Assembly: GCF_042466455.1 (NCBI RefSeq)
Contig: NZ_JAXHCI010000002.1
Location: 1,470,834 to 1,502,833 of the forward strand
Length of the DNA stretch: 32,000 nucleotides
DNA from: Loktanella sp. R86503
GTDB lineage: Bacteria > Pseudomonadota > Alphaproteobacteria > Rhodobacterales > Rhodobacteraceae
Direction: 5' to 3'
Part shown: in pieces, positions 1 to 8,514 of the stretch
Numbering within the stretch: the first letter of the stretch is position 1
How the letters are laid out: every line of letters starts with the position of its first letter
Notes under the pieces: generated by a model
What the model saw: only the letters and a program-made list of their open reading frames with translations
The model's database searches: none
Told to the model about the DNA's origin: nothing
Program-made: the position numbers and the translations under genes

Positions 1-9
1 ACAAGTAAC

Positions 10-726
10 CTAAAGGCTGCGGGGTCTGCGCGGGGCCTGCATGGCCATCACGCAGATCAGGATGACAATGCCTGTGATGGCCAGCGCGGTGACGACAAAG
101 GTCGTCATCCCGTTGGCCACACAAATCCCGACCAGCGCCCAGATGACCGCCGCAATATAGCTGGATGAATCGACCCGGCGATAGGTTGCAATCGTCACGC
201 CAAGCGCCGCGATGATGCCGGCAATGGCCCAGCCGAAACTGTCAAAGCCGATGTTGTATCCCGCCAGCGTGGTCGCCAGCGACACAAAACTGGCCGCCGT
301 CAGCCATCCGGCATAAAGCCCCACCGGCCCGCGCAGCCACCACCGGTCCAGCGGCGGCGTGCGGATCAGGGCGGCAATCGCGGCGCTCGCCATGATGAAA
401 ATCGTGATCGTCGCCCAGATCACGCTGACCTGCGCGATCAGCAGCCATGGCACGCCCACCGCAAGGCTGATGCACAGCGGCAACCGGGCCGCGTCCCAGT
501 CCGCGTCGTCCTTGCGATACATCACGCCATAAATCGACGAGGCGATCAGCCAAAGGTAAATCGGCCCCCAGATCGCAAAGGCATAGCCCGCCGGTTGGAC
601 CGGCGGGTTGATCTGCGGATTGGGCAGCATGTCCGATGCAAAACCTGCAAAGTCGCCCGAAAAAAACGGGGCGACCGCGAAGGCAAGGCTCAGGGCGAGC
701 GTGAGATAAGCGAGACTATGTTTCAT
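10..726 (-). CDS. Trp/Tyr-rich polytopic membrane protein, TspO/MBR-like (function uncertain)
   Basis: 238-aa ORF with several hydrophobic segments. Motifs YAFAIWGPIYLW and DRWWLRGPVGLYAGW resemble TspO-type proteins. Family call is from memory only. Confidence 0.6.
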   Translation of the reverse strand: MKHSLAYLTLALSLAFAVAPFFSGDFAGFASDMLPNPQINPPVQPAGYAFAIWGPIYLWLIASSIYGVMYRKDDADWDAARLPLCISLAVGVPWLLIAQVSVIWATITIFIMASAAIAALIRTPPLDRWWLRGPVGLYAGWLTAASFVSLATTLAGYNIGFDSFGWAIAGIIAALGVTIATYRRVDSSSYIAAVIWALVGICVANGMTTFVVTALAITGIVILICVMAMQAPRRPRSL

Positions 727-768
727 ATGCAGCCAACGCCGCCCGCGCCCTTATTGTTCAGCGCTACG

Positions 769-2061
769 TTAGATTAAATCGCCTGTTGCCGAAATCGTGT
801 TTTTGCCACCCAGATAGGGGTGCAATGCAGCGGGCAAAACAACCGACCCGTCAGCCTGCTGACCGTTTTCCAGCACTGCGATCAATGTGCGTCCCACAGC
901 AAGGCCAGAGCCGTTCAGCGTATGCACAAATTCCGGCTTTCCGCCGTCCGCAGGCTTGAACCGCGCATTCATGCGCCGCGCCTGATAATCACCGCAGGTC
1001 GAGATAGAGGAGATTTCGCGGTAGGTATCCTGACCGGGCAGCCACACTTCCAGATCATAGGTGCGGCGCGCACCCGCGCCCATGTCCCCTGCGCAAAGCA
1101 GCATGGTGCGGTAAGGCAGGTCCAGCTTTTCCAAAATCGCCTCTGCGCATTTTGTCATGCGGGTGTGTTCGGCGTCGCTGTCATCGGGGTGGGTAATGCT
1201 GACCATTTCGACTTTTTCGAACTGGTGTTGGCGCAGCATACCGCTGGTGTCGCGGCCTGCGCTGCCTGCTTCGGAGCGAAAGCAAAGCGTATGCGCGACA
1301 TGGCGGCGGGGCAGGGTGGCGGCGTCGACGGTGTCGCCATTCACAAGGTTGGTCAGCGTTACCTCTGCCGTGGGGATCAGCCACCAGCCGTTGGTGGTCT
1401 GATAGCTGTCCTCGCCGAACTTGGGCAGCTGGCCGGTGCCATAAAGCATTTCTTCGCGCACGATGACGGGCGTGTTTGTTTCGGTCAGGGCGTGTTCATC
1501 GACATGGGTGTCGATCATGAACTGGGCCAGCGCCCGGTGAACGCGGGCCACAGCGCCGCGCAGCACGACAAAGCGCGAGCCGGACAGTTTTGCACCAGCG
1601 GCAAAATCCATGCCAGCCTGCACGGCAGGGATGTCGAAATGTTCCAGGGGCTTGAAATCGAATGTGCGCGGTGTGCCGGTGCGCTTTTGCTCGACGTTGT
1701 CCGCCTCGTCCTTGCCGGGGGGCACATCGGCGTAGGGCAGGTTAGGGAGGGCGATCAGCATATCCGCCAGCTGGGCATCCAGCTCTTTTGCACGCTCGTT
1801 CAAGGCGGCGATTTCCGCTTTCTTGTCGGCCATCAGGGTGCGCAGGCGGGCGAATTCGGCCTCGTCGCCGCTGGCCTTGGCCTTGCCCACGTCCTTGGCG
1901 GCGGCGTTGGCGGCGGCCTGCGCATCCTCTGACTGTTTGATCGCGGCGCGGCGGTCGGCATCAAGGGCCAGCAATTCGCCGGACACCGGTGTAAGGCCGC
2001 GCAAGGAAAGGGCGGCGTCAAACGCGTCTGGAGTCTCGCGGATCATGCGAATGTCATGCAT
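769..2061 (-). CDS. serS: Seryl-tRNA synthetase
   Basis: Start trimmed to the ATG at 2061 ([14 protein letters not shown]...), giving 430 aa. It has the N-terminal coiled-coil arm and class II core motifs ([46 protein letters not shown]). The 63 upstream codons of the tracked ORF look non-coding. Confidence 0.95.
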   Translation of the reverse strand: MHDIRMIRETPDAFDAALSLRGLTPVSGELLALDADRRAAIKQSEDAQAAANAAAKDVGKAKASGDEAEFARLRTLMADKKAEIAALNERAKELDAQLADMLIALPNLPYADVPPGKDEADNVEQKRTGTPRTFDFKPLEHFDIPAVQAGMDFAAGAKLSGSRFVVLRGAVARVHRALAQFMIDTHVDEHALTETNTPVIVREEMLYGTGQLPKFGEDSYQTTNGWWLIPTAEVTLTNLVNGDTVDAATLPRRHVAHTLCFRSEAGSAGRDTSGMLRQHQFEKVEMVSITHPDDSDAEHTRMTKCAEAILEKLDLPYRTMLLCAGDMGAGARRTYDLEVWLPGQDTYREISSISTCGDYQARRMNARFKPADGGKPEFVHTLNGSGLAVGRTLIAVLENGQQADGSVVLPAALHPYLGGKNTISATGDLI

Positions 2062-2328
2062 GGGTCTGGTCCTTGTTTCCGATATGATTAGCGCGGGTAT
2101 GCACCATTGGCGCACCGCGTTGAAGGGGAGAAAGCCGCGCGCGCCTGCGCGATTGTGATGGCACGGGGCGGACATTCGCGCCGCCCGCCATTGACGGCTG
2201 GCCCGATCACCCCGATATCGCGGCAATCGTGCACGGGTTGCGGTTGCCAATCCGGCGCCCCAGACCTAATGTGCGCCGACTTTGACGCGGGGCCAGTGCC
2301 CGGCGCAGTGAACTGAAAAGGAACCGCC

Positions 2329-2610
2329 ATGCAGGGCAGCCAATCGCTTATTTTGATGATGATCATCTTCGGGATCATGTATTTCCTGTTGATCCGTCCC
2401 CAGCAGAAAAAGCTGAAAGAACATCAGGCGATGGTGAACGCGCTGCGCCGGGGCGACCGCGTCATCACGCAGGGCGGGATCATGGGCAAAGTCACCGCCG
2501 TGAACGACGCCGACAAGGAAGTCGAAGTCGAAATCGCAGCCGGCGTGAAAGTCCGCGTGATCCGCTCGACCATCGCGACTGTCCTGAACAAGACCGAACC
2601 GGCGAAGTAA
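2329..2610 (+). CDS. yajC: Preprotein translocase subunit YajC
   Basis: 93 aa with a single N-terminal TM segment followed by LLIRPQQKKLKEHQAMV..GDRVIT.GGI.GKV, the typical YajC pattern. An AAGGAA-type RBS lies upstream. Confidence 0.93.
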   Translation: MQGSQSLILMMIIFGIMYFLLIRPQQKKLKEHQAMVNALRRGDRVITQGGIMGKVTAVNDADKEVEVEIAAGVKVRVIRSTIATVLNKTEPAK

Positions 2611-2644
2611 GCCGCGACACCTTTGGTCCAAGGGGCTTTGCTAC

Positions 2645-4276
2645 ATGCTGCATATTTCTGCTTATAAGCAGGTCATGATCTGGCTGACCGTCGTGGTTGG
2701 TCTGGCGCTGGCCCTGCCGAACGCTTTCTATTCGCGGGTTGAAACCCACAACGACGCCATTGCGCAGGGGCAGGACGATACGTCCTGGCCCGGCTTTTTG
2801 CCGTCGGGGCTGGTGAACCTTGGGCTTGACCTGCGCGGCGGTGCGCATCTGCTGGCCGAGGTGCAGACCGCTGACGTCTATGCCACGATCATGGATGCCA
2901 CCTGGCCAGAGGTGCGCGATGCGCTGGCGGCTGACCGGGATACGGTCGGTTTCGTCACCCGCGAAGCCAGCCGTCCGGACGAGCTGATTGTGCGGATTTC
3001 CGAACCCGCAGGGGCGGCGCGTGCGCTGGAAATCGTACGCGGGCTGGCCCGTCCGATCACATCGCTGACCGGTGTCGGGTCCACGGATATCGAAGTGACC
3101 GGCAACGGGCCGCTTTTGACCGTGCGTCTGTCAGAGGCGGAAAAGCTGGCGGTCGATGACCGCACCATGCAGCAATCGCTGGAAATCATTCGCCGCCGGA
3201 TCGACGAGGTCGGCACCCGCGAGCCGACGATCCAGTTGCAGGGCGACACCCGTATTCTGGTCGAAGTGCCCGGCGTCGGGTCCGCGCAGGAAGTCAAAGA
3301 CATCATCGGCACCACCGCGCAGCTGACCTTTCAGCCTGTGATCGGCGGTGCCGGCAGTGCCAGTGATCCGGTTGGCGCAGGTCAGGAAATCCTGCCCAGC
3401 GTGGATGCACCCGGCACCTTTTATCTGCTGGATACCGGCCCTGTTGTCAGTGGCGAGGAGCTGGTCGATGCACAGCCTGCCTTTGACCAGAACGGGCGGC
3501 CGGCCGTGAACTTCCGCTTCAACGTGTCTGGCGCGCGCAAGTTCGGCGATTACACGCTGGACCACATTGGCGAACCTTTTGCCATCGTGCTGGATAACGA
3601 AGTCATCAGCGCGCCGACGATCCAAAGCCATATTCCCGGCGGCTCTGGCATCATCACCGGCAATTTCACGGTCGAAGAATCGACCAACCTTGCCGTGCTG
3701 CTGCGGGCAGGGGCCTTGCCCGCAAAGCTGAACTTTCTGGAAGAGCGGACCATCGGCCCGCAGCTCGGGCAGGATTCGATCGATGCGGGCAAAAAGGCCG
3801 CGGTTGTCGGATCGCTTTTGGTGATTGGCTTTATGTGGATGACCTACGGGCTGTTCGGCTTTTTTGCCAACATCGCGCTGATTATCAACATGGGCCTGAT
3901 TTTTGGCGGGCTGTCGTTGCTGGGGGCCACGCTGACCCTGCCGGGTATCGCGGGTATCGTGCTGACTGTTGGCATGGCGGTTGACGCCAACGTGCTGGTG
4001 TTCGAACGCATCCGGGAAGAGCTGAAAACCTCTAGGGGGCCGGCCCGCGCAATCGAACTGGGGTATGAGCGTGCCTTGTCAGCCATCGTCGACGGAAACG
4101 TCACAACCCTGATCACGGCTTTTATCCTGTTCTATCTTGGCTCCGGTCCGGTGCGCGGTTTCGCCATCACACTGGGTTTGGGTATTCTCACCTCGATCTT
4201 TACCGCGATCTTTGTCACGCGGTCGCTGATCGTCATCTGGTTCGCCTGGCGGCGGCCGAAAACAATCGAGGTTTAA
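2645..4276 (+). CDS. secD: Protein translocase subunit SecD
   Basis: 543 aa with an N-terminal TM, a large periplasmic domain and a C-terminal 5-TM block (GIAGIVLTVGMAVDANVLVFERIREE). It sits between yajC and secF. Confidence 0.95.
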   Translation: MLHISAYKQVMIWLTVVVGLALALPNAFYSRVETHNDAIAQGQDDTSWPGFLPSGLVNLGLDLRGGAHLLAEVQTADVYATIMDATWPEVRDALAADRDTVGFVTREASRPDELIVRISEPAGAARALEIVRGLARPITSLTGVGSTDIEVTGNGPLLTVRLSEAEKLAVDDRTMQQSLEIIRRRIDEVGTREPTIQLQGDTRILVEVPGVGSAQEVKDIIGTTAQLTFQPVIGGAGSASDPVGAGQEILPSVDAPGTFYLLDTGPVVSGEELVDAQPAFDQNGRPAVNFRFNVSGARKFGDYTLDHIGEPFAIVLDNEVISAPTIQSHIPGGSGIITGNFTVEESTNLAVLLRAGALPAKLNFLEERTIGPQLGQDSIDAGKKAAVVGSLLVIGFMWMTYGLFGFFANIALIINMGLIFGGLSLLGATLTLPGIAGIVLTVGMAVDANVLVFERIREELKTSRGPARAIELGYERALSAIVDGNVTTLITAFILFYLGSGPVRGFAITLGLGILTSIFTAIFVTRSLIVIWFAWRRPKTIEV

Positions 4277-4280
4277 GATC

Positions 4281-5252
4281 ATGCGTTTGCGTTTGATTCC
4301 CGACGATACCAAGATCAACTTTTTCAGCTACGCCAAGCTGACCTTTGGCGGATCAATTGTGCTGCTTGTTCTGTCGGTCGTCGCCTTCTTTGCGTTCGGC
4401 CTGAACTACGGCATCGATTTCAAGGGCGGCACCACTATCCGCACCGAAAGCACGCAAAGCATTGATGTCGGTGCCTACCGCGCCGCGCTGGAACCTTTGC
4501 AGCTGGGTGATGTCGCCATCACCGAAGTGTTCGATCCCGGCTTTGGCCCCGACCGCAACGTGGCCGAAGTGCGTATTCAGGCGCAAGGCGATGCAGAAAG
4601 CGTCGCGCCCGAAACCATCGCCGCAATGGAAGCCGCAATGACGGCGGTTGATCCAAACGTCACCTTCGCCTCTGTCGAAAGCGTGGGACCCAAAGTGTCA
4701 GGAGAGTTGATCGGCTCTGCCATCCTGTCCGTTGTCGGTGCCATCGGAGCGATCGTGGTCTACATCTGGTTGCGCTTTGAATGGCAGTTTGCCATCGGTG
4801 CCATCGTCGCGCTGGTGCATGACGTCGGCCTGACCATCGGCTTGTTCGCGCTGCTGCAAATTAAGTTCGATCTGGCGATCATCGCGGCCCTGCTGACAAT
4901 CGTAGGTTATTCCATCAACGATACCGTGGTCGTGTTTGACCGGGTTCGGGAAAACCTGCGCAAGTTCAAGGTCATGCCTTTGATCGAGGTGCTGAACCTG
5001 TCCGCCAATGAAACCCTGTCACGGACCATGATGACATCGGGCACGACCCTGCTGGCGCTGATCGCGCTGCTGGTGCTGGGCGGCGATGTGATCCGGGGCT
5101 TTGTGTTCGCCATCACTTGGGGCATTATTGTCGGCACCTATTCGTCGATCTACATTGCGAAAAACATCGTGCTGATGCTGGGCGTCAAACGCGACTGGTC
5201 CAAAAAGGACCCGCGCACCGTGGGCCGTTATGCTGACGTGGAAGGCAAATAA
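4281..5252 (+). CDS. secF: Protein translocase subunit SecF
   Basis: 323 aa with SecF motifs (GIDFKGGT, GYSINDTVVVFDRVREN). It starts 4 nt after the secD stop. Confidence 0.95.
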   Translation: MRLRLIPDDTKINFFSYAKLTFGGSIVLLVLSVVAFFAFGLNYGIDFKGGTTIRTESTQSIDVGAYRAALEPLQLGDVAITEVFDPGFGPDRNVAEVRIQAQGDAESVAPETIAAMEAAMTAVDPNVTFASVESVGPKVSGELIGSAILSVVGAIGAIVVYIWLRFEWQFAIGAIVALVHDVGLTIGLFALLQIKFDLAIIAALLTIVGYSINDTVVVFDRVRENLRKFKVMPLIEVLNLSANETLSRTMMTSGTTLLALIALLVLGGDVIRGFVFAITWGIIVGTYSSIYIAKNIVLMLGVKRDWSKKDPRTVGRYADVEGK

Positions 5253-5606
5253 ATGCGTCTGACCGAGATCACTTACGACAATGCGAAACCCATCGACGGC
5301 TACGGCCCCGGTTTCTTTCGCATTGGCGGCAAGGTGATCGAGGGGGCCGTGACCGTCATGCCGTCAGGCGTGGCCAGCTGGGGTGGCTATGACGACACTG
5401 AAGCCTTGCTGGCCATGGTAGACAAGGTGGATGTAATCTTTGTTGGTACGGGGGCGGAAATCGCCCACACCCCAGCCGCCTTTCGCGAGATACTAGAGGC
5501 GGCGGGCCTTGGCGTGGAAACCATGGCCTCCCCCGCCGCCTGCCGCACCTACAACGTGTTGCTCAGCGAAGGCCGCCGCGTCGCGCTGGCACTGTTCCCG
5601 GTCTGA
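5253..5606 (+). CDS. Mth938-like (DUF498) domain protein
   Basis: 117 aa. The ATG directly abuts the secF TAA. The pattern [13 protein letters not shown]...VIFVGTGAE...[28 protein letters not shown] matches the Mth938/NDUFAF3-like family as I recall it. Confidence 0.8.
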   Translation: MRLTEITYDNAKPIDGYGPGFFRIGGKVIEGAVTVMPSGVASWGGYDDTEALLAMVDKVDVIFVGTGAEIAHTPAAFREILEAAGLGVETMASPAACRTYNVLLSEGRRVALALFPV

Positions 5607-5611
5607 CCGCC

Positions 5612-6226
5612 ATGTTGCAAGTCCGCGCCCTGCGCTGCGCGCGCGGCGGTGTGCCGGTGCTGGACGGTCTGTCCTTTGACGTTAAGGCGGGCGAGGCGCT
5701 GATCCTGCGCGGACCGAACGGCGTTGGTAAAACGACCTTGCTGCGCACGCTTGCGGGGCTGCAGCCCGCGCTGGATGGGACTGTCACCTATCTGGACGGC
5801 ACAGGTGCCTATGCCAGCCATGCCGACGGGATCAAGACGGCGCTGACTGTCGCTGAAAACCTGACTTTCTGGGCGCACGTCTATGGCCGCGATGTGCCGG
5901 ACAGCGTCTATGCCGCCTTTGATCTGGATGCGCTGCGCAACCGCGCTGCTGGCACGTTGTCGGCGGGGCAAAAGCGGCGACTTGGCCTTGCGCGTCTGGG
6001 CGTCATCGGGCGGCGTGTGTTGTTTCTGGACGAACCGACGGTCAGCCTCGACGGCTTTTCCGTGCGCATGTTCGCGGACTGGATGCGCGATGTGCATCTG
6101 GCGGGCGGCGGCTGCGCGGTCATTGCAACTCATATCGACCTTGGCCTTGATGCGCCCGCGCTGGACCTGACGCCCTATCTGGCACAGCCTGATGCGGATG
6201 GCGGCGCGGACGAGGCGTTTTTGTGA
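5612..6226 (+). CDS. ccmA: Heme exporter ATP-binding protein CcmA
   Basis: 204 aa with Walker [13 protein letters not shown] signature LSAGQKRRL and Walker B LFLDEP. It is followed by ccmB, ccmC and ccmD. Confidence 0.9.
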   Translation: MLQVRALRCARGGVPVLDGLSFDVKAGEALILRGPNGVGKTTLLRTLAGLQPALDGTVTYLDGTGAYASHADGIKTALTVAENLTFWAHVYGRDVPDSVYAAFDLDALRNRAAGTLSAGQKRRLGLARLGVIGRRVLFLDEPTVSLDGFSVRMFADWMRDVHLAGGGCAVIATHIDLGLDAPALDLTPYLAQPDADGGADEAFL

Positions 6227-6879
6227 TTGCCCTGCTGCGCCGCGATCTGGCACTGGCTGTGCGGGCCGGCGGCGGCTTTGGCCTTGGCCTTGCGTTTTTC
6301 CTGATTGTCGTCGTGCTGGTGCCCTTTGGCGTCGGCCCGGACCGCAGCACCCTGGCCCTGATCGCACCCGGCATCCTTTGGGTCGCGGCGCTGCTGGCAG
6401 CGCTGCTGTCACTGGACCGGATATTCGCACTTGATTTTGAAGACGGCTCGCTGGCGCTGCTGGCCACCGCACCGCTGCCGCTGGAAGGTATCGCGCTGAT
6501 CAAGGCATTGGCGCACTGGATCACCTCTGGCCTGCCGCTGACGCTGGTCGCCCCGGCGCTGGGATTTTTCCTGAACATGGACAGCGCCGCCTATGGCTAT
6601 CTGCTGGTCAGCCTTGCCCTTGGCACGCCCGCGCTGTCGATGATCGGCAGCTTTGGCGCGGCTTTGACGGTGGGCCTGCGGCGGGGCGGGCTGTTGCTGT
6701 CATTGCTGGTGCTGCCGCTTTATGTGCCGACGTTGATCTTCGGGGCAGAGGCCGTGCGCCGCGGCGTCGATGGAACCGGCGCTGCCGCACCTTTGATGCT
6801 GATGGGGGCGATCACGCTGGGCTGCTTTGCCCTGCTGCCCTTCGCCGCTGCGGCAGTATTGCGCATCAACCTGCGGTGA
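6223..6879 (+). CDS. ccmB: Heme exporter membrane protein CcmB
   Basis: 218-aa polytopic membrane protein. Its GTG start overlaps the ccmA stop (GTGA). It occupies the canonical position between ccmA and ccmC. Confidence 0.9.
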   Translation: MIALLRRDLALAVRAGGGFGLGLAFFLIVVVLVPFGVGPDRSTLALIAPGILWVAALLAALLSLDRIFALDFEDGSLALLATAPLPLEGIALIKALAHWITSGLPLTLVAPALGFFLNMDSAAYGYLLVSLALGTPALSMIGSFGAALTVGLRRGGLLLSLLVLPLYVPTLIFGAEAVRRGVDGTGAAAPLMLMGAITLGCFALLPFAAAAVLRINLR

Positions 6880-6921
6880 TCGGGGATTGAGGGGCGCAGG
6901 GCCCCGGGATAGGGATAACAC

Positions 6922-7650
6922 ATGTCGATCTGGGAATACGCCAATCCGAAACGGTTCATGGACTGGACCGCGCCCGTCATGCGCGTGGCCTTTGCCGTGG
7001 CAGCAGCCTGTCTGGTCGTCGGCCTGATCTGGGGCTTCTTTTTCACCCCGGACGAAGCGCGTCAGGGCGCGACGGTCAAGATCATCTATCTGCACGTGCC
7101 AAGCGCGTTGATGGCCATCAATGCGTGGTTCATGATGCTTGTAACATCGCTGGTCTGGCTGGTACGCCGGCACCACGTCAGCGCATTGGCCGCCCGCGCC
7201 GCTGCGCCCATCGGCATGGCCATGACCGTGATCGCGCTGATCACCGGTGCAATCTGGGGCAGCCCCATGTGGGGGACCTATTGGGCGTGGGATCCGCGCC
7301 TGACCTCCTTTTTGATCCTGTTCTTGTTCTATCTTGGTTACATCGCGCTTTGGGCCGCGATCGAAGATCCGGATACGGCGGCCGATCTGACTTCGGTGCT
7401 TTGCCTCGTCGGGTCGGTCTTTGCGATCTTGTCGCGCTATGCGGTCAATTTTTGGAACCAGGGCCTTCATCAGGGCGCGTCACTGTCGCTTGATAAAGAA
7501 GAGAACGTCGCCGACGTATTTTACCTGCCTTTGCTGGTCTGCATCGCAGGCTTTGTCGCGCTGTTTGTCGCTCTTGTCCTGCTGCGTACTCGCACTGAAA
7601 TCCGCGCCCGTCGGACAGCCGCCCTCATCGCAAGGAGCCAACGTGCCTGA
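6922..7650 (+). CDS. ccmC: Heme exporter/heme-handling protein CcmC
   Basis: 242 aa with the Trp-rich WWD-type motif (WGSPMWGTYWAWDPRLT) characteristic of CcmC. Confidence 0.92.
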   Translation: MSIWEYANPKRFMDWTAPVMRVAFAVAAACLVVGLIWGFFFTPDEARQGATVKIIYLHVPSALMAINAWFMMLVTSLVWLVRRHHVSALAARAAAPIGMAMTVIALITGAIWGSPMWGTYWAWDPRLTSFLILFLFYLGYIALWAAIEDPDTAADLTSVLCLVGSVFAILSRYAVNFWNQGLHQGASLSLDKEENVADVFYLPLLVCIAGFVALFVALVLLRTRTEIRARRTAALIARSQRA

Positions 7651-7783
7651 TCTTGGAAAATACGCCCTCGAAGTGCTGACCGCTTATGCCGCCAGCATCG
7701 CCGTGCTTGCCGTACTGATCTTGGCAAGCCTGCGCCGGTCCCGCCGCGTCAAGGCCGCACTGGAGGCTGTTGAACGTGGCTAA
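7643..7783 (+). CDS. ccmD: Heme exporter protein CcmD (small single-TM protein)
   Basis: GTG at 7643, preceded by AAGGAG (7632-7637), overlaps the ccmC stop. The 46-aa product (VPDLGKYALEVLTAYAASIAVLAVLILASLRRSRR...) has one TM segment and a basic tail. The longer tracked ORF (7421-7783) overlaps ccmC and is rejected. Confidence 0.7.
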   Translation: MPDLGKYALEVLTAYAASIAVLAVLILASLRRSRRVKAALEAVERG

Positions 7784-8315
7784 AGTTTCACCTCTGCTTG
7801 TCGTCCCGCCGGTCATTTTTGCCGCGCTTGCCGGATTGTTCTGGGGCGGGCTGATGCGTGAAAACGCCGGCGAACTGCCGTCGCAATTCATCGGTCAGCC
7901 TGCGCCGAACCTGCCGGACGAAGCGGTCGCAGGCACACCCCTGCTGACCGCCGACGATCTGCAGACCGGCGAGATCACGATCGTCAATTTCTGGGCCAGC
8001 TGGTGTCCGCCTTGCCGCGCCGAGCATCCGACATTGCAAGCGCTGTCCGATCAGGGATACCGCGTCGCAGGCGTCAATTTCCGCGATCAGGCAGATGATG
8101 CCGCCGGCTATCTGGCAGAGGAAGGCAACCCGTTCTTCGCGACAGGCTTCGACCTGCGCGGCCGCGTTGCCATCGACTGGGGCGTGACCGCGCCGCCGGA
8201 AACCTTCATCGTCGGTCCCGATGGTACGGTGCTTAGCCGCTTTATCGGGCCGCTCGTCGGCTCCGATTATGAACAGCGATTTCTTCCGATGCTTGAAGCC
8301 GCAACCACCAATTAG
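7776..8315 (+). CDS. ccmG: Thiol:disulfide oxidoreductase CcmG/DsbE (HelX-like)
   Basis: Membrane anchor plus a thioredoxin fold with WASWCPPCRAEHP. GTG at 7776 is preferred because GGAGG lies at 7763-7767. A TTG at 7770 is an alternative start. Confidence 0.9.
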   Translation: MAKVSPLLVVPPVIFAALAGLFWGGLMRENAGELPSQFIGQPAPNLPDEAVAGTPLLTADDLQTGEITIVNFWASWCPPCRAEHPTLQALSDQGYRVAGVNFRDQADDAAGYLAEEGNPFFATGFDLRGRVAIDWGVTAPPETFIVGPDGTVLSRFIGPLVGSDYEQRFLPMLEAATTN

Positions 8316-8324
8316 CGGCGTCCC

Positions 8325-8455
8325 CTTCTTCTGGTCAAAAATATCCCGGGGTGCGGGGCAGCGCCCCGCCAGCCGAATTTTCGACGAAAATTCGGCATTT
8401 GCCATTGCGTCGCAATGGCAAGGCCTCCGGCGGGGATATTTTTAACCAGAAGAAG
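8325..8455. other. 131-nt nested inverted-repeat element (long outer stem enclosing three perfect hairpins)
   Basis: The outer arms 8325-8347 and 8433-8455 are complementary at 22 of 23 positions. The inner hairpins are 8353-8359/8363-8369 (7 bp), 8372-8381/8387-8396 (10 bp) and 8399-8408/8412-8421 (10 bp). The element lies between the convergent ccmG and acnA genes. Confidence 0.6.
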
Positions 8456-8465
8456 ACTGGACATG

Positions 8466-8497
8466 AAAAAGGCCGCGCTGAGAGGCGCGGCCTTTGG
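8466..8497. terminator. Bidirectional rho-independent terminator (ccmG / acnA)
   Basis: GC-rich stem AAGGCCGCGC (8469-8478) / GCGCGGCCTT (8485-8494). It is flanked by an A-run on the left and a short T-run on the right. Confidence 0.6.
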
Positions 8498-8514
8498 TCG
8501 TTTAAATTGGTGCC

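Noticed and set aside
2062-2250. N-terminal extensions of tracked ORFs. These affect serS to 2250, glnB to 21342, cpdB to 27494, rpsF to 29923, yceI from 30891, DUF1223 from 11249, the SDR to 28645, the Hint gene to 23256 and the membrane protein from 30134.
   Set aside because: The conserved protein begins at an internal ATG or GTG that has a Shine-Dalgarno-like sequence and the canonical family N-terminus or signal peptide. The extra residues are Arg/Pro-rich and run into neighbouring promoters or genes.
7421-7642. The 120-aa ORF (7421-7783) as a larger protein overlapping the 3' end of ccmC.
   Set aside because: Only its last 46 codons look like a real protein (a single TM segment with a basic tail, i.e. 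CcmD). That part is preceded by AAGGAG plus GTG at the ccmC stop. The upstream part is out of frame within ccmC.
8325-8455. Interpreting the nested inverted repeat as a MITE with terminal inverted repeats.
   Set aside because: This is not rejected outright, but it is unsupported. The immediate flanks (…GTCCC | … | ACTGG…) show no target-site duplication, and no second copy exists in this window. It is therefore reported only as a structured element.
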